From: Octopus sinensis
Taxonomy: Eukaryota
Assembly: GCF_006345805.1 (NCBI RefSeq)
Contig: NC_043012.1
Location: 52,142,001 to 52,206,000 of the forward strand
Length of the DNA: 64,000 bases
Reading direction: 5' to 3'
Shown here piece by piece: positions 52,063 through 64,000 of this stretch. The number at the start of each line of letters is the position of its first letter. Within the stretch, counting starts at the first letter, position 1. Below the pieces are notes generated by a model. The model did not search any database, was not told the origin of the DNA, and saw only the letters and a list, made by a program, of their open reading frames with translations. The position numbers and the translations under genes are program-made.

Positions 52063-52730
52063 TTCATTTATTTGGGACAAGTGTGAAGGTTGGATGGGAT
52101 AAAGAGACAGACATAAATTGTTGGGGGTTACATATGATAATGAAATGATGAAAAAAATAAAAAATAAAGTATACACGGCATACACTGGAAAAGAGGGCAC
52201 ATATGCATAGCATGCAAATGTAAAAAAAAAAAAAGAGGATAGAGATGTGACACTCCTGATACAGGAACACCTCTAGGGATAATCGAGGAACCTCACTCTC
52301 CGAAATTTCCCTGATGCTCGAGAAGCAAATGCCCTCTCCAATTCCTTCTCTCCGACTGACAGGTCTACACTTAGAGAGGTACCATCCACTGTTGCCATTT
52401 TGAAAATTTGTTTTAAGCCACTGCAACCGACTCATATTCCTTTAGGATAGTGCTGACCGTCTCCACCTCGGAGGCGTCCGACATTATGACGGTGACATCG
52501 TCTGCGTATGCTGACTCTGCCCTTCCTTATCCCAGTTCGAAATGGATGCCCCTTAGCTGTTCCAACTTCCGCAACTGTGGCTTTTCGCTAACACCTTATC
52601 CAAAATCTTAAACTCCTCTGTGTTTAGCAGAGTTATGAGCCAAAAATTTTCTAGTACGTCCCCATTGTCGGCGTCCTTCCTCAGCTGTGTCGCTAAAGCT
52701 CTGCTAACAGCACTAGGAATTCTCCTGTTC
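52063..52730 (-). mobile_element. Tx1/L1-clade LINE, internally deleted copy with its 3' end
   Basis: Minus strand reads RIPSAVSRALATQLRKDADNGDVLENFWLITLLNTEEFKILDKVLAK, then LRKLEQLRG..SAYADDVTVIMSDASEVETVSTILKEYESVA, then jumps to a C-terminus/3'UTR with AATAAA before an (ATC)n tail. Confidence 0.85.
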
Positions 52731-52796
52731 TGTTACCAGTTGCACCAGCTATTTCTGTTACCAGTTGCACCAGTTATTTCCAATAACTGTTACCAG

Positions 52797-52799
<3 letters not shown>
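52731..52799. repeat. 25-bp tandem repeat (2 copies plus a partial)
   Basis: tgttaccagttgcaccagctatttc (52731-52755), tgttaccagttgcaccagttatttc (52756-52780), partial at 52788-52799. Confidence 0.9.
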
Positions 52800-52828
<29 letters not shown>

Positions 52829-52877
52829 GGTGGTGGTGGTATTATTATTATTATTATCATTATTATTATTATTATTA

Positions 52878-52916
<39 letters not shown>

Positions 52917-53454
52917 ACAATAACAATGATAGAAACTATATAGAGATGCACACGCATTTTCACACACACACAGTAGCACACACAAACACACACCTATACG
53001 CGTACACACACTTTCACATATGTACATGCATGAATGTATGCTAAATGTATCTGAACTTTCTGAGGTATTTTATCAAAGATTTTACCGAACAATTGTTTCC
53101 CATTGCTCTTTTTAACGATTTGTACGTAACGTATTGGACACTTTTGCCAAAAGACTCTGTTATATTTTAAACTAGCTTTTGTCTCGAAGTGATGTGAGCG
53201 AACAACTATAAACAGTCAGACACACGCACTTTCACATATATTAGAGGGCTCCATATACTCTATTCACCCACAAAGCGTTTGTCGATCCTAGATTGATGAT
53301 ATGTACCTAAGGAGAAGTGCAGTACGACTGAAACTGGAACCGCATTGGTGCAAGGCGGGTATCTTAAACACAGAACCAAGTCTTGACCAATGTATAGCAA
53401 CATATCAAAATACATGCAACCACACACAGACATATGCGTCATTCTATATCATTC

Positions 53455-53549
<95 letters not shown>

Positions 53550-53578
53550 TATACATACATATATATATACATACATAC

Positions 53579-53622
<44 letters not shown>

Positions 53623-54184
53623 CATATATATGTTTTTGCATATGTGTGCATTTGTAATCACATATACACAAAACACACACACACTCGCACGCAAACACAC
53701 AAGTTTACATGCATACACACCAACGCACAAACACACATACGTGTCTACATATTCCCCCATGAGAAAAACTACATTAAAAACTGCTTTCCTTTGAGACTCG
53801 CTAACAATTGCTTCTATGTTTTGCCTTGGTTCCTTCAAATAAAATGCAAATTTCAATTCATTGAAACATATTTGTACGTCATCCAATACATCACCATCTA
53901 ACTGATAGATTACTATTTCAAGTGTCACCAATTATCTTCAAGAAACTTCAGAAATTTCAAGTAATTTCTGCACATGATATATATGCCTATAGATTTTGCT
54001 AGAGCGTAATAGATTTCAATCATACATGAATGAATGATTCAAAGTATTTATGATGTTTAAATATTACCTTAATGTTATTTGGATGATGTATTTAATAATG
54101 TATAAGAAAAAAAAACAAGATTGATTTGTTTCTCTTTCTCTTTATTACTCGTAGGTCAAATCGAAACCCTCAGCTTAATTTCAT

Positions 54185-54490
54185 CATATTCTGTTGTGTC
54201 TGGGGAGAGTTATTTTTTTTTTGTGCCTTATAATGTAACTCACTCACCGGTAAAATTCCCACTTATTTCTTATTTTTATTTTCCTAAAATTTTCGTTGCG
54301 TGCTGCAATCTTTTCAACGAAAATTTTAGGAAAATATAAAAAAGATATAAGTGGAAATTTTACCGGTGAGTCTGTTACATAATAAGGCACAAAAATAAAA
54401 TGACTCTCCCCAGACACAACAGAAAATGCCTCAACACACGAACTCATATAAAGAATTTTGCAAACCAAATCCCAAAACGAAGTACATCAT
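54185..54490. mobile_element. Palindromic MITE-like element, copy 1
   Basis: The arm 'catattctgttgtgtctggggagagt...aaaattttcgttg' pairs with 'caacgaaaattttagg...actctccccagacacaacagaaaatg' (54185-54428). An extra 60-bp flank is shared with copy 2. Confidence 0.8.
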
Positions 54491-54717
54491 ATAGTTTTGA
54501 TGAAAAGTGCCGATATCCTTGCTAGAAAGTATTTATGTATAAGTATATGTTCATATATATATCTGCGTGTATGCAAGGTTGTGTGTATTTATTAGTGTGT
54601 AAGTATGTATGCATGTGCGCTTACGTATCCCTGTATACGTGTGTGGATTTATGTGTTTGTAATCGTGTGTGCGTGCGTGTCTGCGTCTGTATCCGTGTGC
54701 GTATGTTTGTGTGAAGG

Positions 54718-54890
54718 GAGTAGAGGCGCGTATCTTGGTGGTTAGCGTGGTGCAATCACGATCGTAAGATTGTAGTTCCTATTCCTGACCCGGATAATGT
54801 GTTCTACTCTTGACAAAACTCTATTTCTCCTTACTACAGTTTATTCAGCTCGCCAAAATAAGTAATCCTATGACGGACTGGTATATTCGC
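54718..54890 (+). mobile_element. Degenerate tRNA-derived SINE
   Basis: 'gtagaggcgcgtatcttggtggttagcgtgg...cgatcgtaagattgtagttcctattcc' is a decayed version of the SINE head. Confidence 0.6.
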
Positions 54891-55209
54891 CACAGAATCC
54901 AGCAACTAGGTTCGGAAAGGAACTTCGATCCGTTGCTTCGTTTTTTGTTGGTTTTTTTTTTAGTATCTTTTTCGGTTTATGAAAAATTTTATATGAATGA
55001 ATGAGTGTTATGACGGTGATTCGGAAAGTGAACTACAGAATATGTTTTTTTTACATCTAAAATTTCAGAAAACTTGTGTGTTTTTACTGGTGGAAATTAT
55101 ACCTTTCAAAAGTGATAAAACCCAGAATTTGTGCTAACGAATACTACACATACTTTAATTGTTAAGAAGTAAAAATGCGGGGAAATAATTTGAAATTTTA
55201 GAAAGGAAT

Positions 55210-55430
55210 GATATGCCATGAATATTTCGTTTTTGGATTTGGTTTGCAAGATTCTTTATGTGAGTTCGTGTATTGAAGCATATTCTGTTGTGTCTGGGGA
55301 GAATAATTTTATTTTTGTGCTTTATGATTTATAAAAATAAGAAGTGGAAATTTTACCGGTGAGTGTGTTGAATTATAAGGGACGAAAAGAAAATGACTCT
55401 CCCCAAACACGACAGAATATGCCATGATTA
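55210..55430. mobile_element. Palindromic MITE-like element, copy 2 (centre deleted, inverted relative to copy 1)
   Basis: Same arms ('gcatattctgttgtgtctggggaga'...'actctccccaaacacgacagaatatgc'). 55215-55275 is the reverse complement of 54430-54490. Confidence 0.8.
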
Positions 55431-56208
55431 CTTTAGAGCAAATAGTAAACAATTTAAAGTTCTTTTGTTTTTCACGTGAGCATGAAGTGTAAGTTCCTGT
55501 AACATATATTGATAAATACGTATAGCACTAGAACTGAAGTCTTATTAGAAAATATATAGTCTGAAATATATTGAAAGAAATTTGCCACGATGTTTGCATG
55601 TTGTCTGCTTGACGCTTTTGGACAAATTAATTGACATGGAAGTCTTGAATATAAAACTGTGTCCACGTTACTAGACAGATGTTAAGCGAATTCATGTCCT
55701 GTGTGTTAATATTCTTTTTTACTATTGCCCTGAAACTTTTAATGAAAGCAGCTAGTTGATTAGATCGACAAGTATGCAACTTGTATGTATTTCATCAATT
55801 CCGAAAGGGATAAAGGCATAGTGGAACGAGGGAAATTAGAACTTGAAGGTAAAATTACCCTAGTCAAATAAATGGATGTAACTTGTCAGGCATGTAGAAC
55901 CGATTGATGGGGAATCCAAGATGGCCTCTGGCTATCCGGGCTCTGCTGGTCAAAGCAGGCCACATGACGTTATTAGTTTGGTGACGACATAAATCCTTTT
56001 TTTCGAATTCCTTGAACCCTATAATTGCCTAAGAGACAGAGGCTTGGTTGCTAATAGGAAACGTCCACTGGTGGGTGTGTTTTGGCGTGCTTATACCTGG
56101 TCATTACGTGTGAGTGAGTGCGTCTACTGTGAGCAGGTATGAGACTATTGAGTATGTATGTATTCGCGCGCACAACCTGACGCATAAATGCACACAGAGA
56201 CACTCAGT

Positions 56209-56239
<31 letters not shown>

Positions 56240-56399
56240 ACGCATGCATATATATGTATGGGTGAGTGTGTGATTGTATGTATGTATGTATGTATATTGC
56301 TGACTATTCAGACCGCATGAATTTGTTTTTCCCGCGGCCACATTTTGTAGAATCCTACGTTAGCATGGTCTGCAGCTGATCTGAAGCCCACTTTCGACA

Positions 56400-56545
56400 A
56401 GTGGTGAATATGCACCGAGACATGGAGAAAGAGATCTAGTAAATAATAAGGACCGGATGGAAATCGTTCGCCATCATGAAAGATGAGCTCAAAAGTAAGT
56501 TGAATAGAGCCTCACGCACCAACCTCTTCATGAGTTTAGGCAACA
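56400..56545 (+). mobile_element. RTE-clade LINE fragment
   Basis: MEKEI**IIRTGWKSFAIMKDELKSKLNRASRTNLFMS resembles the RTE 'EI.RR...GW.AF......L......RA.LF.S' segment. Confidence 0.55.
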
Positions 56546-58599
56546 AGGCTCGTCAAATGAAGCTTGAATTTTCGATTATTTAACTTGAAACTTCAGTTTT
56601 ATTCCTGGGTTCAATGTTGTGCATATAAATCTAGTTATTGTGCCACAATACAACTTGCGCAAATAACTGTCAGTAGCCAAATTTCAAATCAAATTTGCAA
56701 AGTTTGCACTCCAAGATATTGTATAAAATGCCCTTGCTAAACACAGATATGAATACAGCTCTACCTGGTAACTACTTACGACTAACAGGAGTAGATTACT
56801 TAGTAATTGTAATAGATATAAAAATAGAACGGTGGCAGTTAATGTTTGGTGTGAGATCAAGTACTTTAATACATTTTGGACTCTACCAGCTTTGGTATTT
56901 CTTATGATTCAATTTAAGTATTCTGTTTTACTTTCATAAAATGGTCAGCCTATATAGAGCGGACATTTTGTAGAATATTTTAAAACGAGATGCGATAAGT
57001 GGTCTCTAAATTTCACAAAAATTACCTCATGGGAATTATATGTTGTATGACGTTGATTGGTGTTTTTTCTCTGATTATCATTGAAGTTTAAATGTAATTA
57101 GGAAACTATTGACATGTCATTCTATTAGTAGTATCATAAAAATTGTTAGATAGTAAAAATAAGATCAAAATGGCTGACCGATATTGTGAAACTTGTGTAT
57201 ATTCATTTTATATTTATTTTGTATTTACTTTTTTAGTAAAGATGTATTGCCTTGTCTAACTTCAATTTCCTTTCCATCAAAATAGAGTAAATACATCTCA
57301 ATACAAACAATTTCATCGTGTCTTACTAATAAAAGCCATTTTTATTTGATTAAAAATAACCATAAGTAATATAAATACGGCAAAAACATTGTAAATAAAA
57401 ACTGGCCGAAAAGAGAAATAAAATGGAAAGACAAGAGGTACGGCAATAGTTTGTGTCTATCATTAGCGAACGAAGACACTTATATAGCAATCCATATGTC
57501 TCCCTCGACACAGCAATGGAAAAGAAACGAACAATATAATAAAACCTACGTGAATATACGCGAAGAAAGGAGAAAGAAAAAAAAGATATATATGAATAAA
57601 ATACTGAAAACGAACAAGTGTTTGATTTAAAAGGTGTAAGAACGGCAAAAGAAATACAGGTAATAAAAATAAGCTCGATAGAGTAGAACGAAGGAAAATC
57701 TACTAGAAATTTTCGCCATTATTTATAGTGCAGGAAGAGAAGAAAAAAATATCATAACGGAATTTTCAGACGTACAAGAGTTCATGGCATTAAAACAAAG
57801 GGAATTAAACTGAAATGGGCACTGAGTTGGAAAGATAAGAAAATCTTTGAAAAATAACATTGTGCACACAAATATACATACACAAAGACACACACAAATA
57901 TGCATGAGTGTATATATGGACACTCCACCATAAATGCACAGATACACACACGCACACTGAGCTATGCAACCACATACTCTCATATACAGGTATGGAATAA
58001 ATAGTAAAACTGGAAAACAGGCGCGATTAAACGTAGTCGCATACTTACGAGCACGTACGTCTGTATATATATATATATATATATATACATAGAGAGAGAG
58101 AGATACATACATATATATATACACATATATATATCGATAGATAGATAAATACATACATACATATACATATCTGTGTATACATAGATGTATATATATATAT
58201 ATGTATGTATTTATATACATATATATGCGTTTAGATGCGTAAAGAACAGGAATGTATAGGATATATACATTCATAATTCATGTATACCTGCGTGACTCTG
58301 TATGCCCCAATGTCTGTGAGTGTAAATGCGTGCAGATGAGGAGGGAGAGATGGAGAGGGACAAAAGGGGACCAACATATCAGTATATACGTACAGATATA
58401 ATTTTATGCATCTGTTTAAATATATATGCACATTTTTATTCCTGGACAGGCAAATATACAAAATATATGTACACACACACATACATTCACATATACATAC
58501 ATGCGCATCTTAAGTATACACATGTTTTGCATGGATAAATATGTATATAAAGCGCACAGACATACATATATTCATGTGCATATGTATATATTCTTTCCA

Positions 58600-58662
<63 letters not shown>

Positions 58663-58709
58663 TCACACAGGCACTCACACACACACACAACACACACACA
58701 CAAACACAC

Positions 58710-58779
<70 letters not shown>

Positions 58780-58927
58780 CAAAGAAACAGAAAGCAAGTA
58801 TATATGAAAGCATGAACTTATATGTTTATAAGTATGAAAGAATACATCTCACAGTTAGTGTAAATACACTCAAAATATGCACAGTTATTCTCTCTCACAC
58901 ATACACACGTTTCTCTGTCTCACTGTG

Positions 58928-58970
<43 letters not shown>

Positions 58971-59398
58971 GAACTCACCCCACACACAACAATACTCCCA
59001 CGAACATCACATATATCTTTATAAGGCTATAGATGACTGTTTATGCCTACATTATAAATCTTTGCATATTGTTCTCGTGCCAGACGCCACTTTTGCACAC
59101 AGCCTATTCACTTGAAGTCTTTGCCCAATTATATGTATTTCTGTTCCTACTCTTACATACTCCTACACATAGCTTCAGCACTTTATACTTATTTATCTCA
59201 GCTACCTATATTTGCGGATCACACAAAAAAAGCAAAATTACCGTGATTTATATGTGTGTCTATATATATATACACCACACATATATATATATATAAATAT
59301 AATATATATATATATTATATATATATATATATATATACATATATATACTTATATATATATATGTATATATTCATATATATATACATAAATATACATAT

Positions 59399-59431
<33 letters not shown>

Positions 59432-59492
59432 GTATATTTAGTATATATGTGTGTATATGTATATATACATATATATTATATATATTATATAC

Positions 59493-59567
<75 letters not shown>

Positions 59568-60180
59568 AAATATACATATATATATATGTATATTTATGTG
59601 TATATATACATATATATATATATGAACATATATATATATACACCACTATATAAAAACAGATATATACATATGTTTGTATATAAGTATGTATATACATATA
59701 CCTGTATATAACAACATTCACACACAAACACACATATGTATGTGTGTGTGTGTGTGTGTGATGTGTATTTCAAGGAAGGTAATGAAGATGGTAATAATAA
59801 TAAAACTAATAGATTACGTGTGTTTCTGGGGGCGGGGTAGTTGAAGAGATATATAGATGGATACTTACACACGCGCACACAAACATACACAGTCTCACAA
59901 TCGCTCGTATGTTCACCCCCCCCCCCCTTGTAACCATATAATAAAATATATATTTCTTATATCAATATAGTACATATACATATAAAAAATATTATAACAC
60001 ATGAATGCATCCATCCCCACGCACACATATGTGTGCAAAATTATGCGTATATATACAGAATTTACGCACGACACGTATTCCCGACTTTTACACAGACCCC
60101 CACACATACACACACACACGCAAACAAAATTAGAGGATACATAAAGACATGTATGTGTTTATACATACATACATACATAC

Positions 60181-60263
<83 letters not shown>

Positions 60264-60285
60264 GTGTATATATATATATATAAAG

Positions 60286-60323
<38 letters not shown>

Positions 60324-60437
60324 GTATTTGCATACAACCACAGACAAACACATACGCATAAGCGCACATACATACACACACATATATAGAGAGAGGTAGC
60401 TAGACTATATATATATATATATATGTATATGTGTATG

Positions 60438-60484
<47 letters not shown>

Positions 60485-60939
60485 TACATAAATATATTGT
60501 ATGTAGTAAGTTCGGTCAAACTAACATGCTCCGATAGAAAGCATGTGAAGAGATAAGATTGATGAGCGTGTATAGAGAGAAAGTAATAAAGAAATGATTC
60601 TATATCGAACAGACTTCAATGATAGTGGTAGGGCTTAACGTGTCAAAAACGTGTTGAAGAGCGTGATTTAAACTTTGACTAAAGTAGAATACATACTGAT
60701 ACATTAGCAAATATGGCTGGAGTGGCTGTGAACTAGAATTTCTCGTTAGAGAGAGAGCACGCTTCGATAACCTCATGCAAATTGAAGGCATATATCACTG
60801 ATCGTTTATTACAATTGCCTCTTTGTGGAGCGGCCATCTTGGTTGAGTGAACTGATTAAAAACAGGAGGCAGACAGACGCTCTCGTATAGACGGATTGTG
60901 GAAGGAAGGCAAGCGAAAAAGAAGGAAAATAAGATAATG

Positions 60940-61690
60940 ATGATGATGGTGTTGCTGCTGCTGTTGTTGTTGTTGTCCTTGTTGTTCTTGTTGTTCTTGT
61001 TGTTATTGGTGGTGGTGGTGGTGGTGGTGGCGGCGGCTGTGGTGGTGGCGGCGGCGGTGTTGATGGTGGTGAGGGGGGAGGAGGAGTGTATGAGAAAAGA
61101 TATTGAACATCATCCGCTAGGTTAACAGTAGGAACACCAGTTACAACAAATATGAAAAATAGTAGCAACGAAAACAACAACAGTAAGAAAAAAAAGGCAA
61201 TAGCAACGGCGACGATGACGAAGAGGATAATCGTCATCACCATCACCGTGATGATGATGATGGTGATGATGATGACGATGGTGATGATGATGATGATGAT
61301 GATGATATTGCGCTAATGAAGACGACGACTATAACGGTGAAGAGGACGGTGTTGTTGTTGACGCTGAAGGAGAAGGAGAAATATAAGAAGAAGAAGAAGA
61401 AAAGAAGAAGGAGGAGAAAGAGGAGGAGGAAGAAGGAGAAGAAAAAGAAGAAGAGGAGGCAGAAGGAGAAGAATGAAAGATGGAGGAGGAGGAGGAGGGG
61501 GCAGAAGGAGGAGAAGAAGAAGAAGAAGAAGAAGAAGAAGAAGAAGAAGAAGAAGAAGAAGAAGGAAATGATGGTGTTGAAGAGCAGGAGGATGTAGACG
61601 ACGACAACGACTACGAGAGAGTGGATGAGGAAGATAAAGGCGATGAGGAGAAAGAAGAGGAAGTAGAGGAAGAGGCGAAGGGATGATAAA
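60940..61690. repeat. Mosaic trinucleotide low-complexity tract (GAT, GTT, GGT, GGC, GAA, GAG)
   Basis: Visible directly; generates the poly-K/R, poly-E, poly-P and poly-S ORFs in the track. Confidence 0.92.
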
Positions 61691-62020
61691 TATTTCTTTG
61701 AAGAACAACAATAACTGCAATATGCATCACGGCGTATAAAACCACCGCGAATAGATCATCGCCATAAGAGCTACAATCAAAACAGACCAGAAAGTGTAAG
61801 TTCGAAAGCGAAGCGTAGGGGCAAAATAACATATATTTTCCGAGGATTAGTTTAGTGACTAATACATAAATATAGAGATAGATGAAAAATATTAAGGATA
61901 GAGCAAGATAAGCTCTCGTTTGTAAAATGATGAGTGGAAACCTCTTCTGGATAAATCTCCCGTCTTCTAGTCACTTTTGACTATCAGTTAACCATTTCTT
62001 CTTTCATATAAGTATATATA

Positions 62021-62071
<51 letters not shown>

Positions 62072-62149
62072 GTGTGTGTGGTGTGTGTGTGTGTGTGTAT
62101 ACATACATACACATAAATATTCTTGGGTGTGTATGTATATATATATATG

Positions 62150-62181
<32 letters not shown>

Positions 62182-62571
62182 TATATCTTTGCAACTTTTA
62201 ATAAAACCTGTCCTTGTATGAAACGATCGTACTAAAAACCTATCCATTCTTGTTGCTTCTTCTTTCTCGTTTATATATATATATATATATATATACATAT
62301 GAACATATGTGTATATGTACATACACATAAATATGCATGGGTATATATATATATATATATACATATATACATATATACATATGTAAATATATATTATACA
62401 CACACACATACACACATGCACGCACATATATATTTATATATCGCTGCATACATGCTTCACCCACTTAGCATTCAATGGTCTTCCACGTTGTAAATTTAAC
62501 CTTTGTAACGAAGTCAAGAGCAATATTTTCCTCTCGCCTCTCTCTTGTACCACCTTCTGTTTCAGTCACCT

Positions 62572-62616
<45 letters not shown>

Positions 62617-62664
62617 CGCTCTCACTCTCACTTGCCTACAAAGCCACACATTTTCTACACATGC

Positions 62665-62695
<31 letters not shown>

Positions 62696-63071
62696 AATGC
62701 TACTTATATGTATGTATTTTACATGTCCGCATGTCTATATCGATGCACATACGTAAATTGATAGGATTAAGTTCCTTTTCATCATTCTCTGTATGCGTAT
62801 GTGTGTAAGCCTGTGTGTGTGTATGTGTGTGCGTGTGTATCTTTAGGCGTGCTCTTATGCGAGTTGAAGTACTTGATCTATATATGTGAATTTGTCTGAG
62901 TCTATGTAGCGTATGTGTAAACAGCTACGTTCCTACGTATAATGTGTCTGTTTTTAACACTTGGATATCCAAACGTTGCTTGCGTATATTTGAGTCTATT
63001 TGTGTGTACATCCGATCGGATGTATAAAAGTGAGGCTTCTCTCTTTCTCTGTTTTCTTTCTCTCTCTTCAT

Positions 63072-63157
<86 letters not shown>

Positions 63158-63664
63158 TTATATACATGTGGGTGTCTATGTGTACGTGTAAGTTCGTGGC
63201 TACGCAGTCTATGAAAAATGTGTTGGAGTTAAGTGTCATCTAACTTTGAAAGTACTGCCAACTTATGTATATCTTTATATAACAGAATATAGATCATCTA
63301 AGCGGTTATTAAATGTTGGAGATCAGTTTTAAAGAAAATTTTCCAACTGTATTTTATGTAGATACGTCAAACTCAGAGCATTTTAGTTCCTGCTCTCTTA
63401 TGTCAAACAATTAATTTCTTCTCATAAATAACTCTGGTAACTTCATCAAATATCTCTGCTTGAATAGGATCTCCCGGAGAGATCCTACCCAACCTGTAGA
63501 CAAACATATCTATTCTATTGATAAATCCGAATTATAAATTATTTAATGATAGAAGGTCACACATAAGCGTTGGCCCAGTGGCCGAAATGCTGAAGGTTTT
63601 AATCAGTACACTGAGACTGTCTTTCAACTGCGTTTCTACAAAGATCAGAGGTGTTATCTGTTGA

Positions 63665-63807
<143 letters not shown>

Positions 63808-64000
63808 TTGAGTAAGAATTATGAGATGATTTCGCAGAGCAGAAAATATTAGTGTACGACCTTCTGTGAAAAATTCGTATGGTTGAATGTAAAAACTTGA
63901 AATAACGATAGATTTCTAAAGGGACACATTCTTGCAATCAAAAGCTTTTATCGCTCTTTGATTAATAGTCGAGGTTGTTAACAGTATTTATTATACTGGT

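Noticed and set aside
52731-52799. CRISPR-like direct repeats
   Set aside because: The copies are adjacent without unique spacers, there are no cas genes, and the context is eukaryotic.
61313-61720. Poly-K/R, poly-E and poly-S ORFs as real proteins
   Set aside because: All frames are open only because of triplet repeats. There are no splice signals or conserved domains.
63007-63487. Short palindromes (63007-63024, 63465-63487; similar ones at 20043-20063 and 48178-48202) as terminators or operators
   Set aside because: Isolated 8-9 bp stems in eukaryotic DNA with no supporting context.

Overview
AT-rich eukaryotic (animal) genomic DNA, densely packed with microsatellites ((TA)n, (CA)n, (GA)n, (TACA)n, (GATA)n, (AAT)n, (GGAT)n) and decayed transposable elements. 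The SINE families look like those of octopus, so I infer an Octopus intergenic or intronic region; this rests on recall, not a search. I cannot support any intact host gene, RNA gene, CRISPR array or prokaryotic system. Almost all ORFs in the supplied track are microsatellite read-through (YI/TH/CV repeats) or antisense frames of dead elements. Recognisable content: about a dozen tRNA-derived SINE copies or fragments; a decayed Penelope-like element (RT + GIY-YIG, ~21.9-24.6 kb); a Helitron Rep fragment (~27.0-29.1 kb, minus); an R4/Dong-type RLE LINE 3' half (~50.0-51.5 kb); L1/Tx1 fragments (4.1-6.7 kb, 52.1-52.7 kb); CR1- and RTE-like fragments; and palindromic MITE-like elements. The best leads are degenerate minimal-hammerhead-like motifs associated with Penelope-type termini, an ~840-bp fold-back built from a ~360-bp unit, inverted repeat pairs that could form long dsRNA, a PHD-finger-like relic beside the Helitron inside 15-bp direct repeats, and a few weak exon/first-exon candidates. 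I found no convincing new biological system; all findings are hypotheses to test.
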